The notes beneath the pieces are model-generated. The model saw only the letters and a list, made by a program, of their open reading frames with translations, did no database searches and was not told where the DNA came from. A DNA stretch of 64,000 bases, from contig OZ024741.1 of assembly GCA_964016885.1 (NCBI GenBank), positions 63,364,001 through 63,428,000 of the forward strand, written 5' to 3'. The DNA comes from Eledone cirrhosa. Its lineage: Eukaryota. A program made the translations under genes and the position numbers. Numbering within the stretch: the first letter of the stretch is position 1; each line of letters begins with the position of its first letter. Shown piece after piece: positions 1 through 16,051 of this stretch.

Positions 1-73
1 TTTTCAAAAATAATTTTGAGATAGAGCGTCCGTGATGTTTGCTCTAATCTGGTTAGCTTTGGAAATTCTACCT

Positions 74-131
<58 letters not shown>

Positions 132-291
132 TCCCGCCCGTCCCCTCAATCTATCTTATTTCTCATGTTTTCTTCCAACGAAGGACTAGCGTCCGAACCA
201 ATTAAAACCATCTTCCTGCTATATCAAGCGTTAGCCTAATATATCGCTTCCATATACTGTACTGATTGTGTTGTTATTTCTGTTTACCTTT

Positions 292-344
<53 letters not shown>

Positions 345-619
345 ATGAGAAGAATGAATACTGCGTGGTTGCACATGGGTTACATATGATAAAAATAGTC
401 CTTCATCAGTGATTTTCCAACCTTCATTGGTATTTCATCGCTTTAAAAATCATATACCTCCAGTTGGTGCGAGCAATAGCTAAATAAAGCTATTAGGACA
501 AGTAAATCGCGTAAAGCGAGCGACACAAGTAAACAAACATGGAAGGATAGCAACACAAAGATAGGATAAAAAAAAAGCACATGGAAGTCCGATCAGCTAA
601 AGCTGTGTGGAATTCATGA

Positions 620-2690
620 TATATATATATATCCATAAAGAAATTTAGGTTTTCTAATAACACTTTCGTTCTTTTCGACAAAACTAATAATATTTACGAA
701 GTCGACAACACCACTTTCCGCCACCTGGCCCATAACGCTATTACTCCAAATATAAGAAAGCTAACCCTTTGGCCTACCACGAAATTAATACAGAAGTCAA
801 AGAACTTGCCGCCGCCCTTAAGGTAGATAAGAAGCTACAATCTCTAGCTAAGCGGGAGGCGTTCCTCACCATGAAAGATCACAAGGTAGGCTTTACTTCT
901 AACCCCACATGTAGACTAATGAAATCCGGCACGCACAGATATGGGACTAGTCAGTAAGGCCATACTTAGAAACATAGTTAAGACCATTAGGACCAAGTCC
1001 AACCTGTCCCAGTGGGAGAACAGCGACACCGTAATTATGTGGTTTAAGTCCTTCAAATCCCAAAAAGAGAAGTTCATACAGTTTGATATTGTTGATTTTT
1101 ACCCGTCGATCTCAGAGACCCTGTTAAACAAAGCGTTGGACTTTGCTACCACTTACACTACCGTCGATGGTTTAGACAGGGAAATCATCGCTCACTGCTG
1201 GAAAACATCCTCTTCAACGACGGAGTAGCCTGGGCAAAGAAGTCAACAACTTCAGACCTATTCTACGTCTCCATGGGATCGTTTGACAGTGCTGACGTAT
1301 GCGACTTGGTTGGCTTATTTATTTTAGACATATTACGTGTTAGATTCCCGGACTTCCACACGGGAATATACCGCGACGATGGACTGACCTTATCGAGCCA
1401 TAAAAGTGGTCACGACATCGACCGGTTTAAAAAAGACAGCTTCTACCTTCAATGAGTTAGGACTTAGGAAAACAGTAGCTACCAACCTCTCTAGCGTAGA
1501 TTTCTTAGACATTAATTTAGACCTTCGCACACACACATACAGACCCTTCCATAAGCTAAATGAAAAACTCAATTACATTCACAAGGACTCGTGCCATCCA
1601 CCCCCTGTTTTTAGAAACTTCGTTAAGAATATCAGTACTAGAATCTCAAACCTCTCCTCTAATAAGGCTGTCTTTGACAGGGCGGCACCCTACTATAATA
1701 CGGCGTCAGCAAACACCAGTCTTGCAACCTATCATTTACTCTCCTACTATCAACAACAGCAATAAGAAAAGAAAGCGTAACAATAGGCAAACTATCTGGT
1801 TCTCTCCTCCCTTCTCACTCAACTTTAAAACCAGTGTAGGCAAAAAGTTTCTAGCCCTCTGAGATAGACAATTTCACATAGGTCATAAATACCGCTCCAT
1901 CTTTAACTGACACAAAGTAAAACTAGGATACTCCTGCGCGAAGAACATGAAGGCCCACATCACCAACATACCTAAGAGCAACAACCCACCAGAGTGCTCT
2001 TGCCGTAAGCCCGAAGCTTGTCCCTTTCTACAACAATGTAACACGCCTGCTGTAGTTTATGAAGCTGTGGTCACTTCCAACCGACCAAATCAACCACAGG
2101 AGGTCAAATCCTATGTGGGTATGGCGGAGGGCCGATTTAAGGAACGCTTCCTGAACCACCAGTCGGCCTTTAGGTACCCGGACAGACGTTCATCCACGAA
2201 ACTCGCAAGCCACGTATGGTCCCTCAAGGACTCAAGTATAGACTACTCCATTCAATGGAAAGCCATCACTAAGTCCAAGCCATACGCAAGGGGCAATCCG
2301 TCGTGTGGACTATGTATTGATGAACGAATAAATACTCTAAAGAGATTACGCAATAGTGATTGCCTAAACATGAGAAATGAATTCTTCACACGTTGTCCAC
2401 ACGTCTGGGAACATCTCTTACATAACTACAAAGCTCTGGATTGAATTACAACAACATCTTAATTTTCTTATCAAATAGAAACTTTTCGAACTTTCGCAGT
2501 TATCTCTCTTACACCTCTCGCACGCATTTTAGTATTGCCTGTGTGAAGTGATCGAGTTTCTGCGCATGCGCGTTCGTACGGTTGTCCTTCATGTTCCGTA
2601 TAACCATGTCCATTACGAGTTGAGGATCCGCTAAGGTGAAACAATTGTTCTCGGTATGGTGAACTAACTGTTGTGTAACCACTTATATAT
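620..2690 (+). mobile_element. Penelope-like retroelement (Naiad-like), frameshifted RT + C-terminal GIY-YIG, 3' region with HHR
   Basis: ORF fragments give FIQFDIVDFYPSI, MGSFDSADVCDLVGLFIL, GIYRDDGL (RT); VDFLDINLDL..YRPFHK..LNYIHKDSCHPP (thumb); WFSPPFS (linker); CSCRKPEACP..VVYEAVV..YVGMAEGRFKERFLNH..CGLC (GIY-YIG, 1947-2444). Flanked by TA runs. Confidence 0.9.
2616..2653 (+). ncRNA. Minimal hammerhead ribozyme (family A), C3U-mutated copy
   Basis: cgag TTGAGGA tccgctaaggt GAAA caattg tt ctcg; the sister copy at 63401-63438 has an intact CTGAGGA core. Confidence 0.65.
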
Positions 2691-2733
2691 ATTAAATCTT
2701 AACCATTTAACATCTCAGGGTATGTCACATATC

Positions 2734-2796
2734 ATTATATTTTGTCTGATGAGGATGTACTGTTGTACATCCGAAATATGTATAATAAAATGTAAT
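2734..2796 (+). ncRNA. Minimal type I hammerhead ribozyme (family B)
   Basis: attatattttgt CTGATGA ggatgtac-tgtt-gtacatcc GAAA tatgta ta ataaaatgtaat; 12-bp stem I including G-U pairs, 8-bp stem II, AUA cleavage triplet. Confidence 0.88.
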
Positions 2797-2837
2797 TGAT
2801 CAATCAAAAGAATATCTATTTTATTAATATTTATATT

Positions 2838-2913
<76 letters not shown>

Positions 2914-2918
<5 letters not shown>

Positions 2919-3652
2919 TAAGAGGAATTCCAACTTTGTCTGATTTACTCGTTTTATTTACAATCCTTTAAAATATATATAATGGTATTATAATGAAATA
3001 GTATGATAGAATATTAAATTCTAAGTGTTAATTGAACAAGTACTTTCATGCTTTCGCAATCTTCAGGTTCATGATATGTGGTGACAGTCGAGTTTGCAAT
3101 TTTCAACTGTAATGAGATGGGTAAATTTCCTACCTTTTATACATTTTATACAGAGAAAAGTGGCTCCAGAATACAAAGCCCTGTAAACTGTATTTCGACC
3201 AATCAGTGTGTAGTTTCACTGAATTACTACAGCTGATTGGTTTAAGCGTCACGGCTGGTTGAGCATGCTAACGACCAATTGTTTTGCTTTTTGAAATGAT
3301 GAAAATAGCATTTTCTATTAATCATCACCATCAACATCACTTTTATTATTATTATTATTATTGTTGTTGTTGTTGTTGTTAGTGGTCGTGCTCATAGTGG
3401 TAGTAGAAGTAATACCCCTAGGCGTTATTATTGTTCATTTAGCTTGGGTTTGAATTTATCAATAAAATTCTTTTCTTTGATTTTTCTCTTGATTTCACTT
3501 GGGCTGTGTAATTTGTAGAAATTACACAGCCCAAGTGAAATCAAGAGAAAAATCAAAGAAAAGAATTTTATTGATAAATTCAAACCCAAGCTAAATGAAC
3601 AATAATAACGCCTAGGGGTATTACTTCTACTACCACTATGACCACGACCACT

Positions 3653-3683
<31 letters not shown>

Positions 3684-4195
3684 ACAATAATAGTAATAAA
3701 AGTGATGTTGATGGTGATGATTAATAGAAAATGCTATTTTCATCATTTCAAAAAGCAAAACAATTAATACGTTGGATATGACTATTGGTCGTTAGCATGC
3801 TCAACCAGCCGTGACGCTTAAACCAATCAGCTGTAGTAATTCAGTGAAACTACACACTGATTGGTCGAAATACAGTTTACAGGGCTTTGCATTCTGGAGC
3901 CACTTTTCTCTGTATAAAATGTATAAAAGGTAGGAAATTTACCCATCTCATTACAGTTGAAAATTGCAAACTCGACTGTCACCACATATCATGAACCTGA
4001 AGATTGCGAAAGCATGAAAGTACTTGTTCAATTAACACTTAGAATTTAATATTTTATCATACTATTTCATTATAATACCATTATATATATTTGAAAGGAT
4101 TGTAAATAAAACGAGTAAATCAGACAAAGTTGGAATTCCTCTTATTAATATAATCTTCTATACACAATCATACACACCCGTGTATATTTACCTAT
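2914..4195. mobile_element. Palindromic PLE insertion (family C) with ~600-bp inverted arms
   Basis: 2914-3512 is the reverse complement of ~3518-4152. The centre carries the GIY-YIG tail (KLHSPSEIKRK..NFIDKFKPKLNE). Same family at 14444 and 29515. Embedded in (TA)n. Confidence 0.9.
3992..4030 (+). ncRNA. Minimal hammerhead ribozyme (family C); further copies 3033-3071(-), 14583-14621(-), 29630-29668(-), 30445-30483(+)
   Basis: tgaac CTGAAGA t-tgc-gaaa-gca-t GAAA gtac tt gttca; perfect 5-bp stem I, palindromic stem III AGTACT. Confidence 0.85.
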
Positions 4196-4214
4196 CTATA
4201 TCTATCTATATATA

Positions 4215-4273
<59 letters not shown>

Positions 4274-4475
4274 GTGGAAGCTTAGTAAAATCGAAGCTTT
4301 GGCTGTGGGCAAGCAAAGTCGACCTACAATAGGAATGAGTTAGCAAAGAACTCAATAAGGGTAGGTCCTTAGAATAATAACATACGTTTAAATAGCTGGA
4401 CAAATTGAACATTGCGGTAGGCAAAACCTAACCACACAATACCAAAGTAACGAAAGAACTAACAGGTTAAAAAAG

Positions 4476-4855
<380 letters not shown>

Positions 4856-5429
4856 CATTTATATGTACATATAATTATTTATGTGTGCGTAGGTATGTAC
4901 ATATACTTACGATCATATGAATAAAGTGTTCCCGGCATACTGACCGGGTATACTACAAAATATGAGGGAAAGATACGAGGGAAAATTGATATAGAATATT
5001 TATAATGTGTATCCCCATTAGAATCAACTTTTTGTGTTTGTCAATTTAACTGAAGTTGTGATATAGCGAATTATTGGCTGGAATGTTAATTAAGGCTCTT
5101 GAGTAATTAAAGTTGTTCTAGTGTAAATTGAAGCAATATATATATATATCCTAAACGGACGGTAGTCCGTTTAGTAATATTGTTGTGGTCGTGTTTTCGT
5201 TGGCAATCGTCTGTTTACGACAGTACAGCGCGGCTCTACTTTATTTAACTGAGATAAAACTTATATGAGCATGAACAGTAGATCATTACGCATCTTTTGG
5301 CTTAAAAATCTAGAAATTTGGTCCAGCGGGAAAAAGTTTATAATCAAAGTTTGCTGATAAATCTTGTGTTCAAGTGAGTGAATAGTAAGCGTGACGCTAG
5401 GGGAGGTAATCCAGAAATGACGACGTTTG

Positions 5430-5935
5430 GAATATGTATATTTGTGTACGTCGCCATTTATGTATGTATGTGTGTATATGTATATTAGTGTATGTCGCAA
5501 TATATGTATGTATGTGTGTATATGCATATTTGTGTACGTCGCCATATATGTATGTATGTGTGTATATGTATATGTGTGCACGTCGCCATATATGTATGTA
5601 TGTATGTGTGTGTATGTATATTTGTGTACGTCGCCATATATGTATGTATGTATGTGTATATGTATATTTGTGTACGTCGCCATATATGTTTGTATGTATG
5701 TGTGTATATGTATATTTGTGTACGTAGCCATATATGTATGTATGTGTATATGTATATTTGTGTACGTCGCCATATATGCAGTATGTATGTGTGTATATGT
5801 ATATTTGTTTATGTCGCGATATATGTATGTATGTGTGTATGTGTGTATATGTATATTTGCGTATGTCGCCATATATGTGTGTATGTATGTGTATATGTAT
5901 ATTTGTGTACGTCGCCATATATGTATGTATGCGTG
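5430..5935. repeat. ~45-50 bp minisatellite upstream of the Helitron ORF
   Basis: About ten copies of tatatttgtgtacgtcgccatatatgtatgtatgtgtgtatatg. Confidence 0.9.
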
Positions 5936-6805
5936 TATCGGGCTCACATACATTCTCTGTGCGTGATTTGGCTCAGCCCAGTCAATCAGCGCCAGTAGAA
6001 GAGGATGTATCCCTACGCGTTCGGAGGAAGAAATAGCCCGCAAAGATTTGAGGACGCTATCACTTCCAGGCTAGACCGTGTTAAGGTAAACAACACTTGT
6101 TCTTTTGCTCCGTAAGCATAAACAATATGTAACGACAAAATATTACCTACGAGCCTGACCAAACGCCTTCAGCCAGTCGCCCGTATTTTCTCTTGTAATC
6201 TTAATTGAATTATTTCATTATTCTTGGCATGCCAGCTTAATTCACTTCTTAACCTTTATTAATAAATAATGTAAAAACAAGCTAAAATTCGTTGTCGATA
6301 TTCCTATCGTATCTCTACCAAACCTGGTTCCTCGTGGCAACAATACAACAACTCTCTAAATATTCTTCTCCGCTAAATTCGAATTTATACCTAAACCAAA
6401 TTGGTGACAATATATCTACACCAAATGTGTGACCCTCGACGATTAAGTATGAAAACGCAGCCTATTTGAATTCGCCAGTCGTTTTAACGGAAATGTGGAG
6501 TGGCTTAACATTTGGAATATTCGAATCGGGTTTCTAGACTCGCTTAGCGTAAGTCCATAAAATTCATAATATTCCATTTGTTGAAGCACGCGACCTACAC
6601 AATATTTCTGTTATAACTTTCATGGTAACACAAGTAACTCACGCATACAGACGAACACAAAAATACTACACAAAAGAAAGAGTTTTTTCGACGTCTAACA
6701 AAAAATTTCTCTTTTTGATTGAAAATTATTATTGCGAGCATAGTTTGATAAAAACAAAAAAAAAAAGAATTTAAAAAAAAAAAGAATTTCTCTGGATATA
6801 GAATT

Positions 6806-9800
6806 TTGCTCGGCTTATTCAGTTTTTCCATGGCACAGAAATGGAGTATTTCCATTTCGAATCAATACCTTTCACTAAAATCGGGCAATTGGACTGATCA
6901 AATTCACATTCATGCCAGTTTTTACAAATCCAAAAAACGAAATTATCCTATTTCCAATCAGAAATATAGAACGTGCGCGTTAATCTTATCATTACTCATA
7001 ATCGGTTGTGTCGAATTAAATCCTGGACCTGAATTTGAATTCAATGAGACTGACAAAGATCAAAACATTGATAAACAGAATGAAAAACGGAGAAAAACTG
7101 CAATTAGGAATAGGGAGTACAGACAACGGAAAGCTGCAGAAATAAGAGAAAAAAGACAATCAGACGAAGCAAAATTTAAAAATAAGGCATGGCAAAAAGC
7201 ATATAGACTGAGAAGAGGCGATGAGGGCAAAAGTCAGGAGGCATCGTATCAAAAGGTGCGCAGACTGAGGGCAGGTGATGAGGGCAAAAATCAGCATGCA
7301 TTGAATCAAAAAGAACACAGAGTGAGAGCAGGCGATGAGGGAAAAAGTCAACAGGCATTGTATCAAAAAGCACACAGATTGAGAACAGGAGAAGAAGGAA
7401 AAGAAAAAGATGCCATATATTTTTCACATTATTATTTTACAAATGCACGGTTGATACAACAAAAACACAAATTTTTGTACAGAAAAAATCGAATTCAACG
7501 ATTTAAAGACATTCGCATGCAAAGGAAAATCATGTTACACAAATTCACAAAATCATATTTGGCTTCGAAAAAAGAAAAACAAAAAAATCGGACACAGTAT
7601 AGGAAGAAATTCAAGCAGGGCCTTGAAAAAGTTTCCAAAATCTACAGAGAAGCACAGGGAATTCGAAATTTCATGTTTAATGAATTGAAAAAAACAATGG
7701 CTTCAGTTTATGCACACATCAAATTAGCTAAGAAGGAGGGGTTGACTGCATACTGGGGGGAAATATTTTACCATACTTTCACAAATGAACACTTTCTATT
7801 CCCAAAAAGTACAGTTGATTATTTTCCTCTAACAGAACTTGAAAACCACAATTTTCTGACTGATGACTGTCCAACAAATGAGTGCAGGTGTAAAGATGGT
7901 GATAAGCCAAGTGAGGGAGGTGCACAAGGAGAGGGAGGTGAGCAAAGTGAGAAAGGTGCACAAAGAGGGGGGATGAGCCAAGTGAGAAAGGTGCACAAAG
8001 AGGGGGAGATGAGCCAAGTGAGGGAGGTGGACAAGGAGAGGGAGGTGAGCAAAGTGAGAAATGTGCAAAAAGAGGGGGGATGAGCCAAGTGAGACAGGTG
8101 CACAAAGAGGGGGAGATGAGCCAAGTGAGTAAGGCAAGCAAAGTGGGGGAGATGAGCCAAGTGAGGGAGGTGCACAAAGAGGGGGGGGAGCCAAGTGAGA
8201 AATGTCCACAAAGAGGGGTAGATGAGCCAACTGATGGAGGTGAGCAAAGTGAGACAGGTGCACAAAAAGAGGGGGGTGAGCAAAGTGACCAGGAAGTTGA
8301 TGCCTTGGAGTGGCTGAAAAACAACAATGACATTTACAATGACATTTTGATAGACAGAAACACAAATTTAGAGGACATTGTTACATGCACTGGTGAAAAT
8401 GTTTCCATCAATTTTCCACACATTCTCACACAAACTGGTGCTGAAACAGTCTATGAACACCATACTGTACAGCAGATCAAGCCTTGCACTCCCAAATCAA
8501 AAGGACCTTGAACTGTTTCGCATGAAACGAGTTGAAGGTACTCTTCTTCCGGACAATGATCCAAACCTGGATCTGATGTGCTTCCCCCACTTATTCCCTA
8601 AAGGAAAATTTGGAATGATGCACATAAACAGACCCCATGGTAGAGTAAAGCCCTACATGTTCATCAGAAACAGACTCAGACATGAGGACTCCGGTTTCGT
8701 AGAGACATTCAGTACATTCTCTACAATTTGGACAAGGCTGACAAAAGAGCACTAGATTCTGGCATTTATGCCGTAATGAAATCACTCAAAAGTCCAAAAT
8801 TGACACTTGCTCAATTTTATAAAAGATTGGAAGACAATGATGAACAATTGGAAAGTGGTTTGTCAATGATGATGGCGAATGTTCGTGGAACAAAGCCATT
8901 TTGGGAACGCAAGTGCTCCGACTTGAATGCCATAGATGAAAAATTCGGTCCTGCCCATTTGTTTAGCACTCTTTCATGTGCTGAATACTTTTGGCCAGGC
9001 TTGAGGGAATTTTTGGAAAAACTCAATAAAGACATTGCAAATGTTGAAACAAGGCCGATAGGGAATCTCTGTGCAAATGATGTTGTGGCTGTCAGTGAGT
9101 ACTTTCACCATCGTTTTAGTGCTGTTTTTCATGATGTAATTTTAAATAAAAAAGGCCCATTTGGGGAAATTATTCATTACTTTTGGCGACTCGAGTATCA
9201 ACAACGTGGTGCCCCTCACATTCACCTTAAAGCCTGGGTTCGAGACAGTGTAATTTTTGACAAAGATCCTAAAGAAAAAAATCAAGCAATTTATTGAACG
9301 CTGCATTACTTGCCGGCTACCATCCCCTGTGGCCAGCCCAAACTTGGCAAATCTTGTTAGACGGTTCCTAGTCCATACTTGTGGCAAAGCATGCTGGAGA
9401 ATAGTGAGGAGAGGGAAACATTTTCGTAAAAAATGCCGTTTTGGTTTTGCACGTGCAGTGGGGCCATTTCGGTTTTTCTCAGTTTCTGAAAGTATCAAAT
9501 CACGAAAAAATGGTAATGGGACAAAAAAACTGTACCATTGGAAAGAAAAGAATCAGAAAAGTACATAAATGACTACAATCCATGTTTACTTTTAGCCTGG
9601 GAAGCAAATATAGATGTGCAATACATTGGTGAGAATAGTATGATTTTGAATAGATATGTCACCTGCTATCAGACTAAGGCTGAAAAAAATGAGGCTGAGG
9701 GAGTGTGGGCGAATCTGGATCATTCCAAAATAAAATATGGGAAATACAAAAGTGCTGGACTGCAATTGCTTGGGAAAAGGGATACAGGAGGGTATGAAGC

Positions 9801-10240
9801 TGCTGACAAACTTTTGGGGCATCATTTTTATGGGTCATCAGATCATGTTATTTGGGTAGGTGCAGACATCACCATCCATAAATCACAGGGAATAAGTGTT
9901 GATGGGGTCATTGCTGATCTTGGTCCTCTGTTGTTCGCAGATGGAATGGCCTGTGTTGCACTTTCACGAGCTAGGAAACTCTGCAATGTCTATTTGATAG
10001 ATTTTGACCCACGAACCCTGATCATGTGTGACAAATCTGCTTGGGAAGAGTACAACAAATTGCGTTCTACAACAAAATTGCCTCCACTTGGACCATGTAG
10101 AAATAAACCACCATGCATGGCTTCTGAATCTTGCATGCCAAAAAAACGATCATGGCGAATGTTGAATGTGGACAACCCTTCTGAATATGCTCCTCCTACC
10201 AAAAAACCTAAATTAGCTACAATTTCCATGCTCACTCCCA
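6806..10240 (+). pseudogene. RepHel ORF, frameshifted, with most of the helicase deleted
   Basis: Chain of ORFs 6806-8083, 8080-8511, 8378-8755, 8728-9297, 9257-9568 and 9538-. At ~9870 the post-Rep sequence joins directly to helicase motif V; no Walker A/B seen. Confidence 0.8.
7900..8290 (+). repeat. ~36-39 bp coding minisatellite in the Helitron ORF
   Basis: Repeats of gagccaagtgagggaggtgcacaaagagggggagat. A 60-bp (20-aa) repeat RLRAGDEGKSQ.. also occurs at ~7195-7410. Confidence 0.85.
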
Positions 10241-11040
10241 TGATTAGACTACAAAATAAGGAAAATGCCTGTTTTGCCAATTCCACACTTCAAGCTATTG
10301 CCCAATTGCCCAAACTTTGGGAAACTTTGTTGTCTACCAAATTACTCAGTCCAGTTGTTCAGGAAATAGCAAATATTGTCACACCAGGGGATCGGGATGT
10401 TTGAATTCTGCGAAGATTAATTGGGGGAGATTTAAGGATGGTGCTCAGCAATGTGCCCATGACTTTTGGAAAAATATCTACCCACATTTTCCACCAAATG
10501 CACAGCAAATATTCCAATTTCAAGTGAATGAAACACTAAGAAGCACTAAAAGTCATGAAAATGAATGCCCACGTTTGAATGATCAAATTTGTACTTGCAC
10601 ACATAGACCTGGATGTGGACTCGAAACTCACAAAACACCAGAAATTAAATCAGACTTGACATTGCATCCTATTCAAGGCCCTCAACAGTTTCGTACTTTA
10701 CTTGTATCAAATGACACCATAATAAAAAAATGTGACACCTGCACCACCAATACAGAGTACAAAACAACCATCAGGAGAGATTTCCCACCCACAATGCACT
10801 ACCTTGTAGTATCAATCAACCGATTCCTCATAACCAGTGGTCAAGAAACTCAAATACATTGTGATTTATTGAATTTCAGTTCAAAACGCCAGCAGTTTTT
10901 TTTATACCAATTTCCAACTTCAATCAGCAATTGTTCACACATTAGGTTCCACATCAGGAGGTCATTACACTTATTTAATTCACAAAGATGGTGACAAATG
11001 GGATAAAATTAGTGACACGTGCATAACCAAAAGGCACTAA
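10240..11040 (+). pseudogene. USP/UCH-type (peptidase C19) deubiquitinase domain fused to the Helitron ORF
   Basis: Cys box LQNKENACFANSTLQAI; QQCAHDF (QQDA box); CDTC zinc finger; after a frameshift, His box SAIVHTLGSTSGGHYTYLIHKDGDKWDKISD; stop at 11038-11040. Confidence 0.8.
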
Positions 11041-11201
11041 TATTATTGTAAAATTTTTTATTTCTTGTCCAATTCTTTAAAGTTTTATCTTAGTTTCTTG
11101 TCCTATTCTTTTAAAGTTTTATTTTAGTTTCTTGTCCTGTGTTTTTAAAAATTTATATTCCAACAATATTACTTTTTTTTGCTGTACGCATTTTTCTATC
11201 T

Positions 11202-14441
<3,240 letters not shown>

Positions 14442-14443
14442 TG

Positions 14444-14842
14444 CACGGGTGTGTATCATTGTGTATAGAAGATTATATTAATAAAAGGAATTACAACTTT
14501 GTCTGATTTACTCGTTTTATTTACAATCCTTTAAAATTTATAATGAAATAGTATGGTAGAATATTAAATGTTAAGTGTTAATTGAACAAGTACTTTCATG
14601 CTTTCGCAATCTTCAGGTTCATAATGTGTGGTGACAGTCAAGTTTGCAATTTTCAACAGTTGAAAATTGCAAACTTGACTGTCACCACAGAATATGATTG
14701 CGAAAGCATGAAGTACTTGTTCAATTCACACTTAACATTTAATATTCTACCATACTATTTCATTCTAATACCATTATAAATTTTAAAGGATTGTAAATAA
14801 AACGAGTAAATCAGACAAAGTTGGAATTCCTTTTATTAATAT
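14444..14842. mobile_element. Short palindromic PLE terminal-repeat insertion (family C)
   Basis: Fold-back at tttcaacagttgaaa (~14657); near-identical to the termini of the 2914-4195 element. Confidence 0.85.
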
Positions 14843-15892
14843 ATATATATATATATACATTATGAAGGTTAATTAATCTACTGATCTCATGTTTCAATTA
14901 TCGCCATTTCCCGTGATAAAAGACTAGACAATTGTGTATAAATGCTCCTTTATTGCAGACATTAATGTGATAAACGGTATCAATTAATATATTGACTGTC
15001 TGGCAGCTATCAATGAACACTTGGTTCACGTCATTGATTTTGTTGGAAGGGGTCAAGGGACAGTCTCCTTTCTTGTGGGGCCTTCTGTGTGCAATAGTAA
15101 CAACATTCTTCCTCTTTCTACAACTTATCTTGATAACTAAACAAACAGAAATGTTACATTGAATAATGGAGTTCTATATATATTGTATAGAAATAAGATT
15201 GAATTAGTATGATTGGAATATTTTAACCAATATGTTTTCTATTGTTATTATATATAGCTCTTTAATAAAATGAATATAATTTATTTAAACCAATCATCTA
15301 CTTGATGTGCATTGATTTGGTGTTAAATAACAACACAAATATATGGAAGGGGCGAGGGGGATATAATTTGTACCTCTCACCAGTGTGTAACTCTCACCAT
15401 TTATATTACAAGAACCCTTGTAATATAAATAATCAAAATGCGATCGTTAAAACTAGTAACTGAATCGTCTTAGCCGCAGCATATAATTAGCTTATCATTG
15501 GTAAATCAAAGAGAAAACTGTCCCTGTCTTTGCTTGACACGATAGACTTAGTATCTAAATGCGTATGACACAAATTTGGTGGAGGACAACTGCTCGGAAT
15601 GGCAGGCTTAATTTGGCCCGACACACTCTTTGTAGAGCACTAGGAGGGTCCTCTCTGCTGCAAGTATTTAAATTAAGTCTTCTTAAAGTTAAAACAATTA
15701 AATATCATGATCTCCTACCCTTCCAATTATGAGTGCCGTGCACATATTCTGCCCTCAGCACTGATTTCCCTGTAGGTTTCCAAAATAAACACTAACCCTA
15801 GAGACCTCACCAAACCGCTTTCCTGTACTAAGCAACAATATACGGCAATGATATAAAGTATTTTAAAGTAAAAGTACACACACACACATATG

Positions 15893-15970
<78 letters not shown>

Positions 15971-15978
15971 CGTGCGTG

Positions 15979-16051
<73 letters not shown>

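Larger units (their letters stand above)
5149..11203 (+). mobile_element. Decayed Helitron/Helentron-like rolling-circle transposon (ends uncertain)
   Basis: Rep motifs HLFSTLSCAE, YFWRLEYQQRGAPHIHL (HUH) and RYVTCYQTKAE; Pif1 motifs TIHKSQG and VALSRAR; DLMCFPHLFPKGKFG. Hairpin ctaaacggac-ggta-gtccgtttag at 5151-5174 is a possible terminus. Confidence 0.8.

Noticed and set aside
170-412. Partial HHR-like strings (ccaacga-aggactagcgtcc-gaac; minus-strand ctgatgaaggact)
   Set aside because: Core is incomplete or truncated; cannot be supported as ribozymes.
1855-1912. In-frame TGA codons in the Naiad-like PLE as possible selenocysteine recoding
   Set aside because: They fall at positions expected to be Leu (FLAL*D) and Arg (IFN*H, CGA>TGA), not Cys, and the copy is also frameshifted; ordinary decay.
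4931-4960. cccgg..ccggg hairpin as a Helitron 3' terminus
   Set aside because: Followed by CTAC rather than CTRR and lies upstream of the RepHel ORF; cannot be assigned.
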